From assembly GCA_030390025.1 (NCBI GenBank), contig CM059432.1, positions 142,044,001 to 142,108,000 of the forward strand: a stretch of DNA of 64,000 nt. The letters are read 5' to 3'. The position numbers and the translations under genes were made by a program. A model generated the notes under the pieces. The model was not told where the DNA came from. It searched no databases and saw nothing but the letters and a program-made list of their open reading frames with translations. Origin of the DNA: Squalus acanthias (lineage: Eukaryota). Shown piece after piece: positions 39,246 through 50,686 of this stretch; within the stretch, counting starts at the first letter, position 1, and each line of letters begins with the position of its first letter.

Positions 39246-39960
39246 TGCACATTTTTTGGACCCCTATACAGAAATTATATTAAAGCCACAGAGAGTGAAC
39301 AGCATAGATTCAACTAGATGATACCAGGAATATGGAACTGTAGTTAAAAGGGACATTTGAGATTCTGGATCAGAAAAGGCGCAGAAGAAATTTGAGAGGT
39401 ATTTGAAATTATGAAGCATGTTGTGGATGAAAAATGGGGAGTCAATGGTGATGGGCTGGGTCACCACGTAAAAGTTGTCACTGTTAAGTTAGGAGATAAT
39501 TCTTTATACAGAGAATAGCTAGAACATAAAAAACTTTGCCACAGAGAGTAGTTGAGGCAGAGATCATCGCATCTTTTAAAGGAAGAATAAATAAATATTT
39601 AAAGCCGGGGAGGTTACAAGCTTATGAGGAGAAAGCAGAGCAGGGGGATTAGTCGCAAAGAGCTGGCACAGATATGATGGGCCAAATGGCGGCCTACTGT
39701 GCTGTAAACTTTGATCCAAGATCAGTCACACCAAACCCCCTTTCGCTCCATTTTGGCTCCAAGTTCATCTTTCAGCTAGATTCAAATCACTTGGAAATAC
39801 AAAGAAATACAATTCGACTCTCCACTGAGAAAGACCGGAAACCATTTTTGTGGCTTAGAAGTAAAAAACCTTTTTTATAACTTGGAAGCTTTGCAAACTA
39901 TGAATTTTTGAGAGTTTATGGAGGTACTTTGTGGAAATTGATGTTTATTAAGACTATATA

Positions 39961-40373
39961 CAGGAAACTTTCGTTTATCCGGCACCCAAATATCCGGAAT
40001 TCTCGCTTAACCGGCAAAAATCATCCTCCGAAAACTCCTCTCAAATAACCGGCAATGTTGCCGAGTCGCAGTCGAGTCTCCGCGAACGCCGAGTGCTCCG
40101 AAAAATCCTCTCAAATAACCGGCAATGTTGCCGATCCCGAGTCCGAGTCCGAGAACGCCGATTTAGTCAGTAGGGGTACTTTTCAAAAGTGCCACTACTC
40201 GGCCTCCTGGCGCAAGTCCGAAACATTGCAGTAGCAGGAGTAGATTCTCCTGTGCTGCTTGGAGTCTCTTTGTTAAAAATAGCCTCGGTAGATATAACTC
40301 TCTGTTATCCGGTACTTTCGATAAACCGGCACCACGCCGGTCCCGTCGATGCCGGATAAACGAAAGTTTCCTG
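39961..40373. mobile_element. Tc1/mariner-superfamily (Tigger/pogo-like) MITE
   Basis: Perfect 24-bp TIRs CAGGAAACTTTCGTTTATCCGGCA, TA TSD (39959-39960, 40374-40375), internal ~39-bp direct repeat, CpG-rich. Confidence 0.92.
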
Positions 40374-41107
40374 TATGTCAACAAAGTCACTACTAATGCA
40401 CTTTGTGCTTAAAGACTGGAACATGAAGACTGATGATGGGCAAAGCGGTGGGTGGGTGGGTGGGATGCTGAAAGGCCCAAAAAGGGACCCTGTCCTCAAA
40501 GAGCAAAATCCAACTTAATGCCATTTAACTTTTGGTATTCATATTAAACCGGGTATGGTAGGGACGATCTTCTGCAAGTCACTCTGAAAGCCAAGTAACT
40601 GAGTGTAGTTGGGTGTGAGAATGAATCTCCTCCGCTCGGAACAGGCTGCCTGGTGTCTGACTGTAATTGCGAAGCGGTGGGTGAGAGGGTTAATCTTTTC
40701 CGATAGGAACCAGGCCACCCAGCGTGGGAACACTGGTGTGGGAGGGTTGGGGGTGGGGGGGTTTCAAAAAGGACCAAGAAATTATTGGGTCCCATTCTGC
40801 TGGCCTTTCCCCTTCAAGGCTGCTAGACCACCCCCCACAATACAGCCAAATCCTGCCAAACCCCTAAGAAAGAAAGACTTGCATTTATATAGCACCTTTC
40901 ACATCCACTAGACATCCCAAAGCGCTTTACAGCCAATGAAATGTAGTCACTGTTGTATTGTAGGAAACGCGGCAGCCAATTTGCAACACAGCAAGGTCCC
41001 ACAAACAGCAATGTGATAATAACCAGATAATCTGTTTTTGTTATGTTGATTGAGGGATAAATATTGGCCAGGACACTGGGGATAACTCCCCTGCTCTTCG
41101 AAATAGT

Positions 41108-41274
41108 CATGATGCGGAGATGCCGGTGTTGGACTGGGGTGGACAAAATTGAGAGGTCGCACAACACCAGGTTATAGTCCAACAGTTTTATTTGAAATCA
41201 CAAGCTTTCGGAGCTATCGATCGCCCCTTCCTCAGGTGAAGTAGGGGGCGATCGATAGCTCCGAAAGCTTGTGA
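41108..41274 (-). mobile_element. Penelope-like terminal mini-insertion
   Basis: 12-bp TSD CTTCGAAATAGT (41096-41107, 41275-41286). Perfect 30-bp inverted repeat at 41198-41227 and 41245-41274. Shares CACAACACCAGGTTATAGTCCAACAG with 63034-63114. Confidence 0.8.
41198..41239 (-). ncRNA. Minimal type I hammerhead ribozyme motif
   Basis: Minus strand UCAC-CUGAGGA-A-GGGGC(GAUCGAUA)GCUCC-GAAA-GC-UU-GUGA: conserved core, 4-bp stem I, 5-bp stem II, palindromic AAGCUU in place of stem III. Activity not shown. Confidence 0.72.
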
Positions 41275-41627
41275 CTTCGAAATAGTGCCATGGAATCTTT
41301 TACGTCCACCTGAGGGAACAGATGGGGCCTCGGTTTAATGTCTCACCCGAAAGACGGCACCTCCGACAGTGAAGCACTCCCTCAGTACTGCACTGGAGTG
41401 TCACCCTAGATTTTTGTGCTCAAGTCTCTGGAGTGGGATTGAACCTACAACCTTAAATGGAAACGGTTCTATCTTGAAATCGACGATGATGCTGCATTGC
41501 TTGGCAAGGTGGTTTCGTGTAGCAGTTTTCTGCAAGGTGGTGGAGACACTGGAATAATGAAAACGTGATGAATTTAAAAAGCTTCTGTAGCTCTAGGGTA
41601 CAGAATGAGGAAACTGCGGTATATATT

Positions 41628-41847
41628 ATAGCAAAATACTGCGGATGCTGGAAATCCAAAATAACAACAGAAAATGCTGGAAAAACTCAGCAGGCCAGGC
41701 AGCATCCGTGGAGAGAGAAACAGAGTTAATGTTTCAGGTCAAAGACCTTTCATCAGACGAAAGGTCTTCGACCTGAAAAGTTAACTCTGTTTCTCTCTCC
41801 ACGGATGCTGCCTGGCCTGCTGAGTTTTTCCAGCGTTTTCTGTTGTT
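41628..41847. mobile_element. Fold-back PLE-like mini-insertion with hammerhead core
   Basis: 15-bp TSD ACTGCGGTATATATT (41613-41627, 41848-41862), ~90-bp inverted arms. Minus strand CUGAUGA-A-AGGUC(UUU)GACCU-GAAA at 41756-41732. Confidence 0.8.
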
Positions 41848-42052
41848 ACTGCGGTATATATTGTTGCCTTCTCATGCCTCAGTGATCATCTCATTTATAA
41901 TAGGGTCTGACAGTCTTGCTAGTGAATAAAAAAACGCTCTGGCACTCTCTATTGTGTTTGCTTTTCTTACAGATCTTAAAATGGAGACTTATAAATATAT
42001 TTATAAACTGTTAAATGTTCTAAAAATCTGTGGGTTCGGTTTCTATTCACAG

Positions 42053-42123
42053 TGCCTTTCTGTACGTGCCCAAGGATGATGCCTCTGGAAAGCTGTTAAA
42101 TTGTACCAGTCTGCAATACGATG
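42053..42123 (+). CDS. TOPAZ1: TOPAZ1 exon (AFLYVPKDDASGKLLNCTSLQYD)
   Basis: CAG acceptor, G|GTAAGT donor; phase 2 to 1 fits both neighbours. Confidence 0.8.
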
Positions 42124-42150
42124 GTAAGTTTATATAACTATTCCATATTT

Positions 42151-42156
<6 letters not shown>

Positions 42157-42185
<29 letters not shown>

Positions 42186-42230
42186 GAGATGCTGTCTGAC
42201 CTGCTGAGTATTTCCAGTTTTTTCTGTTTT
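42157..42230. mobile_element. PLE-like fragment with expanded (CT)n
   Basis: 18-bp TSD TATTCCATATTTACTTCT at 42139-42156 and 42231-42248. Confidence 0.65.
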
Positions 42231-42546
42231 TATTCCATATTTACTTCTACAGTTTAAGAACTGTGTGAACTGTTCAAACAACTGATCTTTAATGCTTGGA
42301 TGAAAGAGTGCAAATTTAGGTTTCCAGTTCGTGGTCAAAATGTGTGTGTGTGTGGAGAAGGAATTGTCATTTAATAATCTTATATTGTGGTAGATTTTAA
42401 CTACAGCTCAATCTGGGAACACACTCAGAAACTTACAACACAAAAGGATTCCATTCGGCCCATCGTGCCTGGCCCAAATAGCTCCTTAAATTTACAATAT
42501 GAGCTATGTTTAATTAAAGTAATTTAATATTTTTTTTGTATTTTAG

Positions 42547-42665
42547 GATTCAAGACTCAAAGCGGAACACCTGTGAGTGAAGAAAGTTACTTTGAAGAGG
42601 ACACTCAAGTGGAGACATTGGTGAAAGAGGGAGAGATAACTCAGTCCGGATACAATTTGTACCAG
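42547..42665 (+). CDS. TOPAZ1: TOPAZ1 exon (GFKTQSGTPVSEESYFEED...YNLYQ)
   Basis: T-rich TAG acceptor, CAG|GTAAAT donor, phase 1 to 0, open frame. Confidence 0.82.
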
Positions 42666-43119
42666 GTAAATTGATAGTTTAATCTATGCTTAAGTGACTC
42701 CTTTTGTGTCGGTTTTGTTTCATGCCGTGTGCATTATTAGATCATTCTTTTCAGTAAACTTTTATTTTTTTTAAAAAACCCCAACATTCATGCTTCCTTT
42801 CAATTTTCTTACCCCTTATGTTCCCCCTCCTCCACCCAACTGCTTCTTCCTGCCGTCTGTAATGCTTGGGAAGGGCAGAATAGTACAAACCGTAGAATTC
42901 AGTCGTGCACTAACTATTGGTTCTCTTTCCTGTCTCCTCCCCTGGCCTGGTGAGTCTGAAGGTGCCATTATGTTTCAGAGCAGATCCTAGGAGAGCAATC
43001 TGATCTCCCACCTTAACACGTACAAGCAGAGCACCTGGATCAGAAACCAAGTAAATCTGTGTAGGAGAGAGTGGCCAAGACACTTCTGCCACTACCTGTG
43101 CATTAAGTGCTGCCATCAT

Positions 43120-44208
43120 GGCCGGAATTTTAATCGAGAGGCAGGTTGGAAACGGCGGTGGCGGGGTGGGGAATAGGAAGTGGTCGGGAGAACGGGTTTC
43201 CCGCAGGCCCTGCCGAATTTAACGGCAGAACCTGATTAGCATTTCAAAGGTCTGTTTCACACCTGCTGCCAGCCAGATGGTAGGCCTGCAGCACTACTTC
43301 GCAGAGAGGGAGCGATCGGGCGGGGACCGGGGGGTGGTTGGGGGCTGAAGGAGGGGGGCGGGGGGGGAGGAACAATTGGATCGGAGCATAGCGGAGGGAG
43401 GGAGGGAGAGGAGCATGGGGTGGGGAGGGGGGTTGCGGGGGGAGGTAGAGAAGCATGGATCGGGGCTGGAGCATCGGTGGTGGGGGTGGGGGGACAGAGG
43501 AAGAGAAGCATTGATCGGGGCTGGAGCATTGGGGGTGGGGGGGGGGGGGGGGGGAGGAGGAAGAGAGGCATCGGAAGGGGCCGGAGCATCGGGAGGGGGA
43601 TGGAAGGAGAGAAGCATTGGAGGCCTTGAAGACCTCAGGGTGGGGGGGCGGGGTGAGAGGGGGATCAGAGGCCTTGGAAGTGGGAGGGGGGGATCGGCGA
43701 CCTTGGAAGGGGGGGGATTGGAGGAGTAGGGGTGCTTGGGGGGGAGAGGGTGCGGCCTTGGGAGGGGGAGTGATTGGACGCCTCGGGGGAGGGGGGTGAT
43801 CGGAGGCCGTGGGGGAGGGGGCTGGTGATCGGAGACCTCAGGGTGGGAGGAAGGAGGTGAGTGAGGCAGGAACGCTGGATCCAGCAGGTAAGTGTAAAGA
43901 CATTTACCTCATGGATCCTACAGTCCTCGCCTTACTTTAGCTGGTGGATTCTTTGAGGCCTGAGAAACCCGACCAGCCACAGTTAAATTTGAAATTGTGG
44001 TTAAATCTGGGGCATGCCAGCCTCATTATAATATTTAAATAGATGACCCGCCTCCTGGGAGCGGGTCGGCTGCCCCCCCCCCCCCCCCTTCGTCCTGTCT
44101 CCGTTAAAACTGTAAGTGGGCGGGTTGAGGTTGGGATCTAGATTTTTAACACTTTAACCTCCCACCCGACCCCCAGCCCACCCGCTTTTGGGGGTTAAAA
44201 TTCTCCCC
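43120..44208. mobile_element. Harbinger-type MITE with G-rich internal tandem region
   Basis: TIRs GGCCGGAATTTTAA / TTAAAATTCTCCCC; TSD CAT at 43117-43119 and 44209-44211. Confidence 0.82.
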
Positions 44209-44501
44209 CATGACCTTGGTAAAGGCTGATGTCGTGAGGTCCGTAACATCCTAAAGATCTGTGCTGTAACCATTTTGATTGGAAAGTAAGATGCAGCACC
44301 AACCCAGGTCATGTAACGTTATAAGAGTGGGAGCAGGCCAAGGAACATCATGGCAGCATCACCTGTGTGGAGCCAGTACAGTACATGTACAGTACTTGTA
44401 CGGTGTCAGTCGTGGCTCAGTGGTAGTATGTTTACCCCGATGATTTTGTTCATTACAATGACGTGTCTGAACAAAAGATACAGGGTGTCTTTTATTTGCA
44501 G

Positions 44502-44569
44502 GTTGCTTCAAATACGGCATTAGTTTCTCAGACCGATGAACAGCAGGATGGCAGAGGGACTGAAATAAG
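44502..44569 (+). CDS. TOPAZ1: TOPAZ1 exon (VASNTALVSQTDEQQDGRGTEI)
   Basis: TTTGCAG acceptor, AG|GTTAGT donor, phase 0 to 2. Confidence 0.78.
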
Positions 44570-45400
44570 GTTAGTGGATGGAATTGTTACATTTGCATTT
44601 GTTGCAATGAGGGACACTTTCACTTCCCCTCCAATGCAGTCACATTGGACCATCTCCCCCCCCCCCCCCCCAATTCTCTAAAACCCCAAGAGCCCTCTTT
44701 TCATAGGAACATAGAAATGTACAGTACCAGAAAAGACCATTGCAGGATTTCACGCCAGTCACAGAATCTAGGAAATAGCATATCGCAAGATACCGCTCGT
44801 TGCCCTCTATCCAGGCACTGAACTGTGCTCCTTTGTATTTGGTGATCCAGTCATTCCCCATTGCCTCTTTTGGCTATTCACTCCATCCATTCACTATCCT
44901 TTGCATAAAGTATTTACATTTAAAATGTCATCTCGCCCTCCCTCTTGCTAAGTTTGAGGCTTTGCCCTCCTGTGCAATCTGTGACTGCTAAACATATTGA
45001 CATTTACCTTGTCTGTAGCCTTTTTAGGATCTTGAATATGTCAGTAAGATCACCCGAACCTTCTCCAGTATAAACATTCCCAGCTTCTATAGCCTCTCCT
45101 CGTAAATCAGGTGCCTAATCCCATTGATCAATTTAGTTACCCCTCACTGCACCTCCACCAGTGCCTGGATGTCTTTCTCAGAATGTGGTGACCAGAATTG
45201 TGCACAGCATTCGAGGTGAGGTGAGGCGGGGTGGTGCTGGACCAATGCTCTGTACAAACTCAATTACTCCCTGGGATTTGTGCTCTATTCTTCTGGCTAA
45301 ACCGCCCAAGATCCTATTTGCTCTTTTATGCAAATTGATGGTTTTTTTTTACACAGCGAGTTATGACCTGGAATTCTCTGCCTGAAAGGGTGGTGGAAGC

Positions 45401-47666
45401 ATAGAGTCATAGAGTTATACAGCACAGAAAGAGGCCCTTCAGCCCATCGTGTCCGCGCCGGCCATCAAGCCCTGTCTATCCTAATCCCATTTTCCAGCAC
45501 TTGGTCCGTAGCCTTGTATGCTATGGCGTTTCAAGTGATCATCTAAATGCTTCTTGAATGTTGTGAGGGTTCCTGCCTCTACCACCCTTTCAGGCAGTGA
45601 GTTCCAGATTCCAACCACCCTCTGGGTGAAAAAGTTTTTCCTCAAATCCCCTCTAAATCTCCTGCTCCTTTCCTTGAAACTATGCCCCCTGGTTATTGAC
45701 CCCTCTACTAAGGGGAAAAGTTCCTTTCTATCTACCCTATCTATGCCCCTCATAATTTTGTACACCTCAAACAGGTCCCCCCTCAGCCTTCTGTGCTCTA
45801 AGGAAAACAACCCCAGCCTGTTCAGTCTCTCTTCATAGCTGAAGTGCTCCAGCCCAGGTAACATCCTGGTGAATCTCCTCTGCACCCTCTCCAATGCAAT
45901 CACATGCTTCCTATAGTGTGGCGACCAGAACTGCACACAGTATTCCAGCTGTGGCCTAACTAGCGTTTTGTACAGCTTCATCATAACCTCCCTGCTCTTG
46001 CCTTCATTAGCCGAGGCATAGAATATAAGTATCCCATATGCCTTTTTAACCACCTTCTCTACCTGTCCTGCTGCCTTCAGGGATCTATGTACATGCACAC
46101 CAAGGTCCCTCTGATCCTTTGTCCTTCCTAGGGTCCTACCATTCATTGTGTATTCCCTTGCCTTGTTAGTCCTCCCAAAATGCATCACCTCACACTTTTC
46201 AGGGTTAAATTCCATTTGCCACTGTTCTGCCCATCTGACCAACCCGTCTATATCGTCCTGTAGCCTGAGGCTTCCCTCCTCGCTATTTACCACTCCACCA
46301 ATTTTCGTGTCATCTGCGAACTTACTGATCATACCTCCTATGTGCATATCTAAATCATTAATATACACTACAAACAGCAAAGGACCCAGTACCAATCCCT
46401 GTGGTACACCACTGGACACAGGCTTCCAGTCACAAAAACAACCTTCGACCATCACCCTCTGCCACCTGCCACTAAGCCAATTTTGGATCCAATGTGCCAA
46501 ATTGCTCTGGATCCCATGGGCTCTTACCTTCTTGACCAGTCTCCCATGCGGGACTTTGTCAAAAGCCTTACTGAAGTCCATGTAGACTACATCAACTGCA
46601 CTACCCTCATCCATGCACCTAGTCACCCCCTTGAAAAATTCAATCAAATTGGTCAGACATGATCGCCCCCTGACAAAGCCATGCTGACTATCCTTGATTA
46701 ATCCTTGCCTCTCCAAGTGGCGACTAATTCTGTCCCTCAGAATTTTTTCCAGTAATTTCCCTACCACTGATGTTAGGCTCACTGGCCTGTAATTCCCTGG
46801 TTTATCCCTACTACCCTTCTTGAATAATGGTACTACGTTAGCTGTCCTCCAGTCCTCTGGCACCTCCCCTGTGGTCAGAGAGGATCTGAAAATTTGTGTC
46901 AGAGCCCCTGCAATCTCCTCACTTGCCTCACACAGCAGCCTGGGATACATCTCGTCTGGGCCTGGGGATTTATCCACTTTTAAGCCCGCTAAAACCGCTA
47001 GTACCTCCTCCCTCTCAATACTAATTTGTTCAAGTATATCACAATCCCCCTGCCTGATTTCTATGTCTACATCGTCCTTCTCCATAGTGAACACAGATGC
47101 AAAATATTCATTTAAAACCTCACCCACATCATCCGGCTCTACACACAGATTGCCACTTTGGTCCCTAATAGGCCCTACTCTTTCCCTGGTTATCCTCTTG
47201 CCCTTAATATACTTATAAAATACCTTGGGATTTTCCTTTATTTTGCCCGCCAGTGTTTTTTCATACCCCCTCTTCGCTCTCCTAATTTCTTTCTTAAGTA
47301 CCCCCCTGCACTTTCTATACTCCTCTAGGGCTTCCACTGTTTTTAGTCCTTTGTATCTACCAAAAGCCGCCCTTTTTTTCCTAATCCATTCTTGTATATC
47401 CCTTGACATCCAGGGTTCCCTGGGCTTGTTGGTCCCACCCTTGACCTTTACGGGAACATGTTGGCGTTGTACTCTCTCTCTTTCCTTTCAGAAAGACTCC
47501 CACTGCTCTGATGTGGATTTTCCTACAAGTAGCTGATCCCAGTCCACTTTGGCCAGATTCTGCCTTATCATAATAAAATCGGCCTTCCCCCCCCAATTTA
47601 GAACCTTTATTTCCGGTCCATCTTTGTCCTTTTCCACGACTACCTTAAATCTCACCGAATTATGGT
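45401..47666 (-). mobile_element. Young 5'-truncated CR1 LINE with an open 642-aa RT frame (45481-47409), nested in another CR1 3' fragment
   Basis: RT motifs including YINDLD and FADD in one frame; CTCTATGA tail. Host fragment runs ~45340-45400 and resumes at ~47667-47800. Confidence 0.96.
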
Positions 47667-47967
47667 AGATTCAATAGTAACTTTCAAAAGTGAAATGGAT
47701 AAAGGAAAGAATTGCATAACTATGGGGAAAGAGCAGGGAAGTGGGACTAATTGGATAGCTCTTTCAAAGAGCCGGCACAAACACAATGGGCTGTATGACT
47801 CTGTGCTATTTTTCTACTGCTGCATACTGTGCTGATGGATTCAGCGGCCTATCCACCTGCCCCAAGTCCCTCTGCTGTGCTGTTTCTATAGAATGCTATT
47901 TAGTTTATATTGTACTTTCCTTTCCCAATCTCATGACTTTGCATTTGTCCAAGTTAAATGGCATCTG

Positions 47968-48328
47968 TGTGTCAGCCGTGACTCAGTGGTAGCAAGCTCT
48001 TCTCTGAGTCAGAAGGTCGTGGGTTCAAGTCCTATTCCAGAGACTTGAGGACCTAATCTAGTCTGGCACTCCATGCAGTACTGAGGGAGTGCTGCACTGT
48101 TGGAGGTGCCATCTTTCGGATAAAACGTTAAATCGAGGCCCCATCTTCCATCTCAGGTGGACGTGAAAGACCACATGGCACTTTTGAAGAAGAGCAGGGG
48201 AGTTCTGCCCGGTGTTCTGGCCAATATTTATCCCTCAACCAACGTCAGTAAAACAAATGATCTGGTCATTATCACATTGATGTTTGTGGGACCTTGCTGT
48301 GCGAAATTGGCTGCCGCATTTCCTACAG
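47968..48328 (+). mobile_element. SacSINE1-like Deu-SINE (further degenerate pieces at ~48440-48780)
   Basis: Head and Deu core recognised; tail truncated. Confidence 0.82.
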
Positions 48329-49184
48329 AGTATGAGGGCTCACATAACGGAAGTGGTCTTTTGGGCTCAGCACAGGGATAATACCTGAAATAAAAGTCCA
48401 AAGAGTAACATTACTGTCTTGTGGCCGAGACATTACACAAAGTGCTGTCTGCTGGCGCAAGTGGATGAAAAAAAGATTCCATGTCATTATTCAAAGAAGA
48501 GCAGGGAGTACTCGTGGGGTGTCCCAGCCACCATTCCTACCTCAATGAATACCACCAAGAACAGGTTAACTGGTCATTCATGGCATTTGCTGTTTGTGGG
48601 ATCTTGCTGTGCCCAGGTTGCCTCATTTGCCTACATACCAGCAGTGCTTGCACTTCAAAAGTAATTTATTGGCTGTGGAAACACTACGAAAGAAAGAACT
48701 TGTTTTTCGATAGCGCCGTCCCAAAGCGCTTTACAGCCAATGAAGTACTTTTTGAAGTGTAGTCACTGTTGTAACGTAGGGATGTACTCGGGATGTGATA
48801 TGATGCTCGTTAGAAATTTGGGTCTGCTGCAGATACCTACTTGGGTTCAGTGGTGACAGTCGTTCCTGTAAGTGGATCCCAGGCCCTTTGTAATTACACA
48901 CACGCTACACTTTCAGGCTGTCTGAGAGCATCAAATTACTTCTCGTTATACCGCATATCCAAAGTTTTATGCTGCGAACATATGCAGACAAGAAAGATTT
49001 CTCAAACTCATTTGATATTAATAACCCACTGACTTCCAATACAGGTATCTGAGCTGTGTGTTTGAATCCAGATCCTGGGGTCGTAGTCTTTTAACCTGCC
49101 ACGTCTCCTAGCCTGTCTCTAACAAGTAGGTGAAATTATCGTGCAATATCTGGGTTAATAACTTGATGCATGTTTTTCTTGCAG

Positions 49185-49294
49185 TGTCAGCGGCCCTCAG
49201 CATCAATGTTCAGACAGACCTATATTGGAAAATCATTTTTCTCTGAAACCATCTTGTTCTGAATCTTCATTCCAGAAATCAGCATTGACAAACG
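49185..49294 (+). CDS. TOPAZ1: TOPAZ1 exon (VSGPQHQCSDRPILENHF...ALTN)
   Basis: TTTTTCTTGCAG acceptor, G|GTATTT donor, phase 2 to 1. Joins the next exon to give NDLRF (compare recalled mammalian NDFRF). Confidence 0.82.
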
Positions 49295-49501
49295 GTATTT
49301 TGCTCCAATTTTGTATTTGTCTATGCCAACAATTCACAGTTGACCTTGGTGTTTTAGAATACAATGTGTGAATGTCGGTGCTACGTCTTTACATGATTTG
49401 TGCGAGTGTAAGTGCTTACTGTGGTTCTTGGCAGTCCTCGCTGTAATGCTCCGGGATTCCGACAAATAGAGAAATGTTTTTTTTGTTTCGGGCTACATTA
49501 T

Positions 49502-49734
49502 AAACAGCAAATGCTGGAAACACTCAGCAGGTCAGGCCGCATCTGTGGAGCGAGAGAGAGTTAAAGTTTCAGGCCGCTGACCCATCCTCAGAATTGACCT
49601 GAAACGTTATTGTCATCGAACCTGAAACGTTAACTCTGTTTCTCTCTCCACAGATGCTGCCTGACCTGCTGAGTGTTTCCAGCATTTGCTGTTTTTATTT
49701 CAGATTTCCAGCACCTGCAGTATTTTGCTTTTGT
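49502..49734. mobile_element. Fold-back PLE-like mini-insertion with hammerhead-like motif
   Basis: Inverted arms; degenerate TSD GCTACATTAT/GCTAAATTAT. Minus strand CUGAGGA-U-GGGUC(AGC)GGCCU-GAAA at ~49591-49567. Confidence 0.72.
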
Positions 49735-50162
49735 GCTAAATTATGAAGCCTTCCTGGTTGAAAGGCTATTGCTTAGTGGTCCAATTCTGGTCTTATTTGG
49801 CAAGTGGATTTGTTTAGCTTTTAAAGGGTACTTTGAATTTTGGAGAAATGTGTAGGTTAAAATGGTTGAGTTTATACTTATATTTAAAAAAAAGGAGGAA
49901 AAACGTTCAATATGTGCCCAGTTTTCTCCCATTCCTTTCCTGAAGGTGCCAGCAGCTCTCAGATACTCGGTACAAGTGGCCATTCATGCATGAGCCTAGC
50001 CAGGAAATGCCAGCAGTCTGTTTGACTGAGGTGTGACGAAGGTAAACCTGATCCTGCTCTTGCCCAATATCCATGCACCCACTTGTTCCAGGAGGGGTTA
50101 GTGGAGAGTGTTCAGAGGGAGCGTCCCTGGTTAACTTCCAGCCCCCTCCCTCTGCCCCCTCC

Positions 50163-50201
<39 letters not shown>

Positions 50202-50585
50202 ATCACCTCCCCACCTCATACCTCGGGATCCTGTGGCTGATTGTAGAGAATCCATTGCAACCCCACCTGCCCGAATCTCGGGGAGAGGTGGGGGGTGTCC
50301 TGAGGCTGTTTGTAGAGAATCCATTGCAACCCTACCTGATACCAGCTAATTCAGCACCGTCCAGGCATTGAACCCAAGACCTTCCTGCTCTGTTCAGTCC
50401 AGTATCTCACTGGCCTTTGAATTTACCCACTGGTTTATATTGAGAATGGTCACTTGGGTGAGCTAGCAGAAGGCTGATGCCGCCCGTGGAACTGTACGTA
50501 GTGTGCGCGATGTCTTCAGGAGGAGGGAGGAAAAAAGAAAAATGGCTATTATCTGAAAGTGACGAGGATTTTTTCCCCCCTTTAG

Positions 50586-50686
50586 ATTTGAGGTTTACCC
50601 AGGAGCATTTATTGCCACCAACATCAGCATGTGCTCCTGCTTCTCTGCAGCTGAATAGCTCAGAGTATTGGACCATGACCAGGCCT
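50586..50686 (+). CDS. TOPAZ1: TOPAZ1 exon (DLRFTQEHLLPP...YWTMTRP)
   Basis: Strong acceptor, GTAAGT donor, phase 1 to 0. Confidence 0.86.

Larger units (their letters stand above)
40868..41453 (-). mobile_element. SacSINE1-like Deu-SINE interrupted by a PLE mini-insertion
   Basis: SINE sequence is continuous once 41108-41286 is removed. Confidence 0.88.

Noticed and set aside
41973..42052. Alternative TOPAZ1 acceptor at 41971-41972
   Set aside because: Gives an immediate stop in the required phase; the 42053 acceptor keeps the frame.
43244..43799. Pro/Gly-rich ORFs
   Set aside because: Arise from G-runs inside a MITE.
45481..47409. Active autonomous CR1
   Set aside because: 5'-truncated (no endonuclease or ORF1) and carries an internal micro-inversion.
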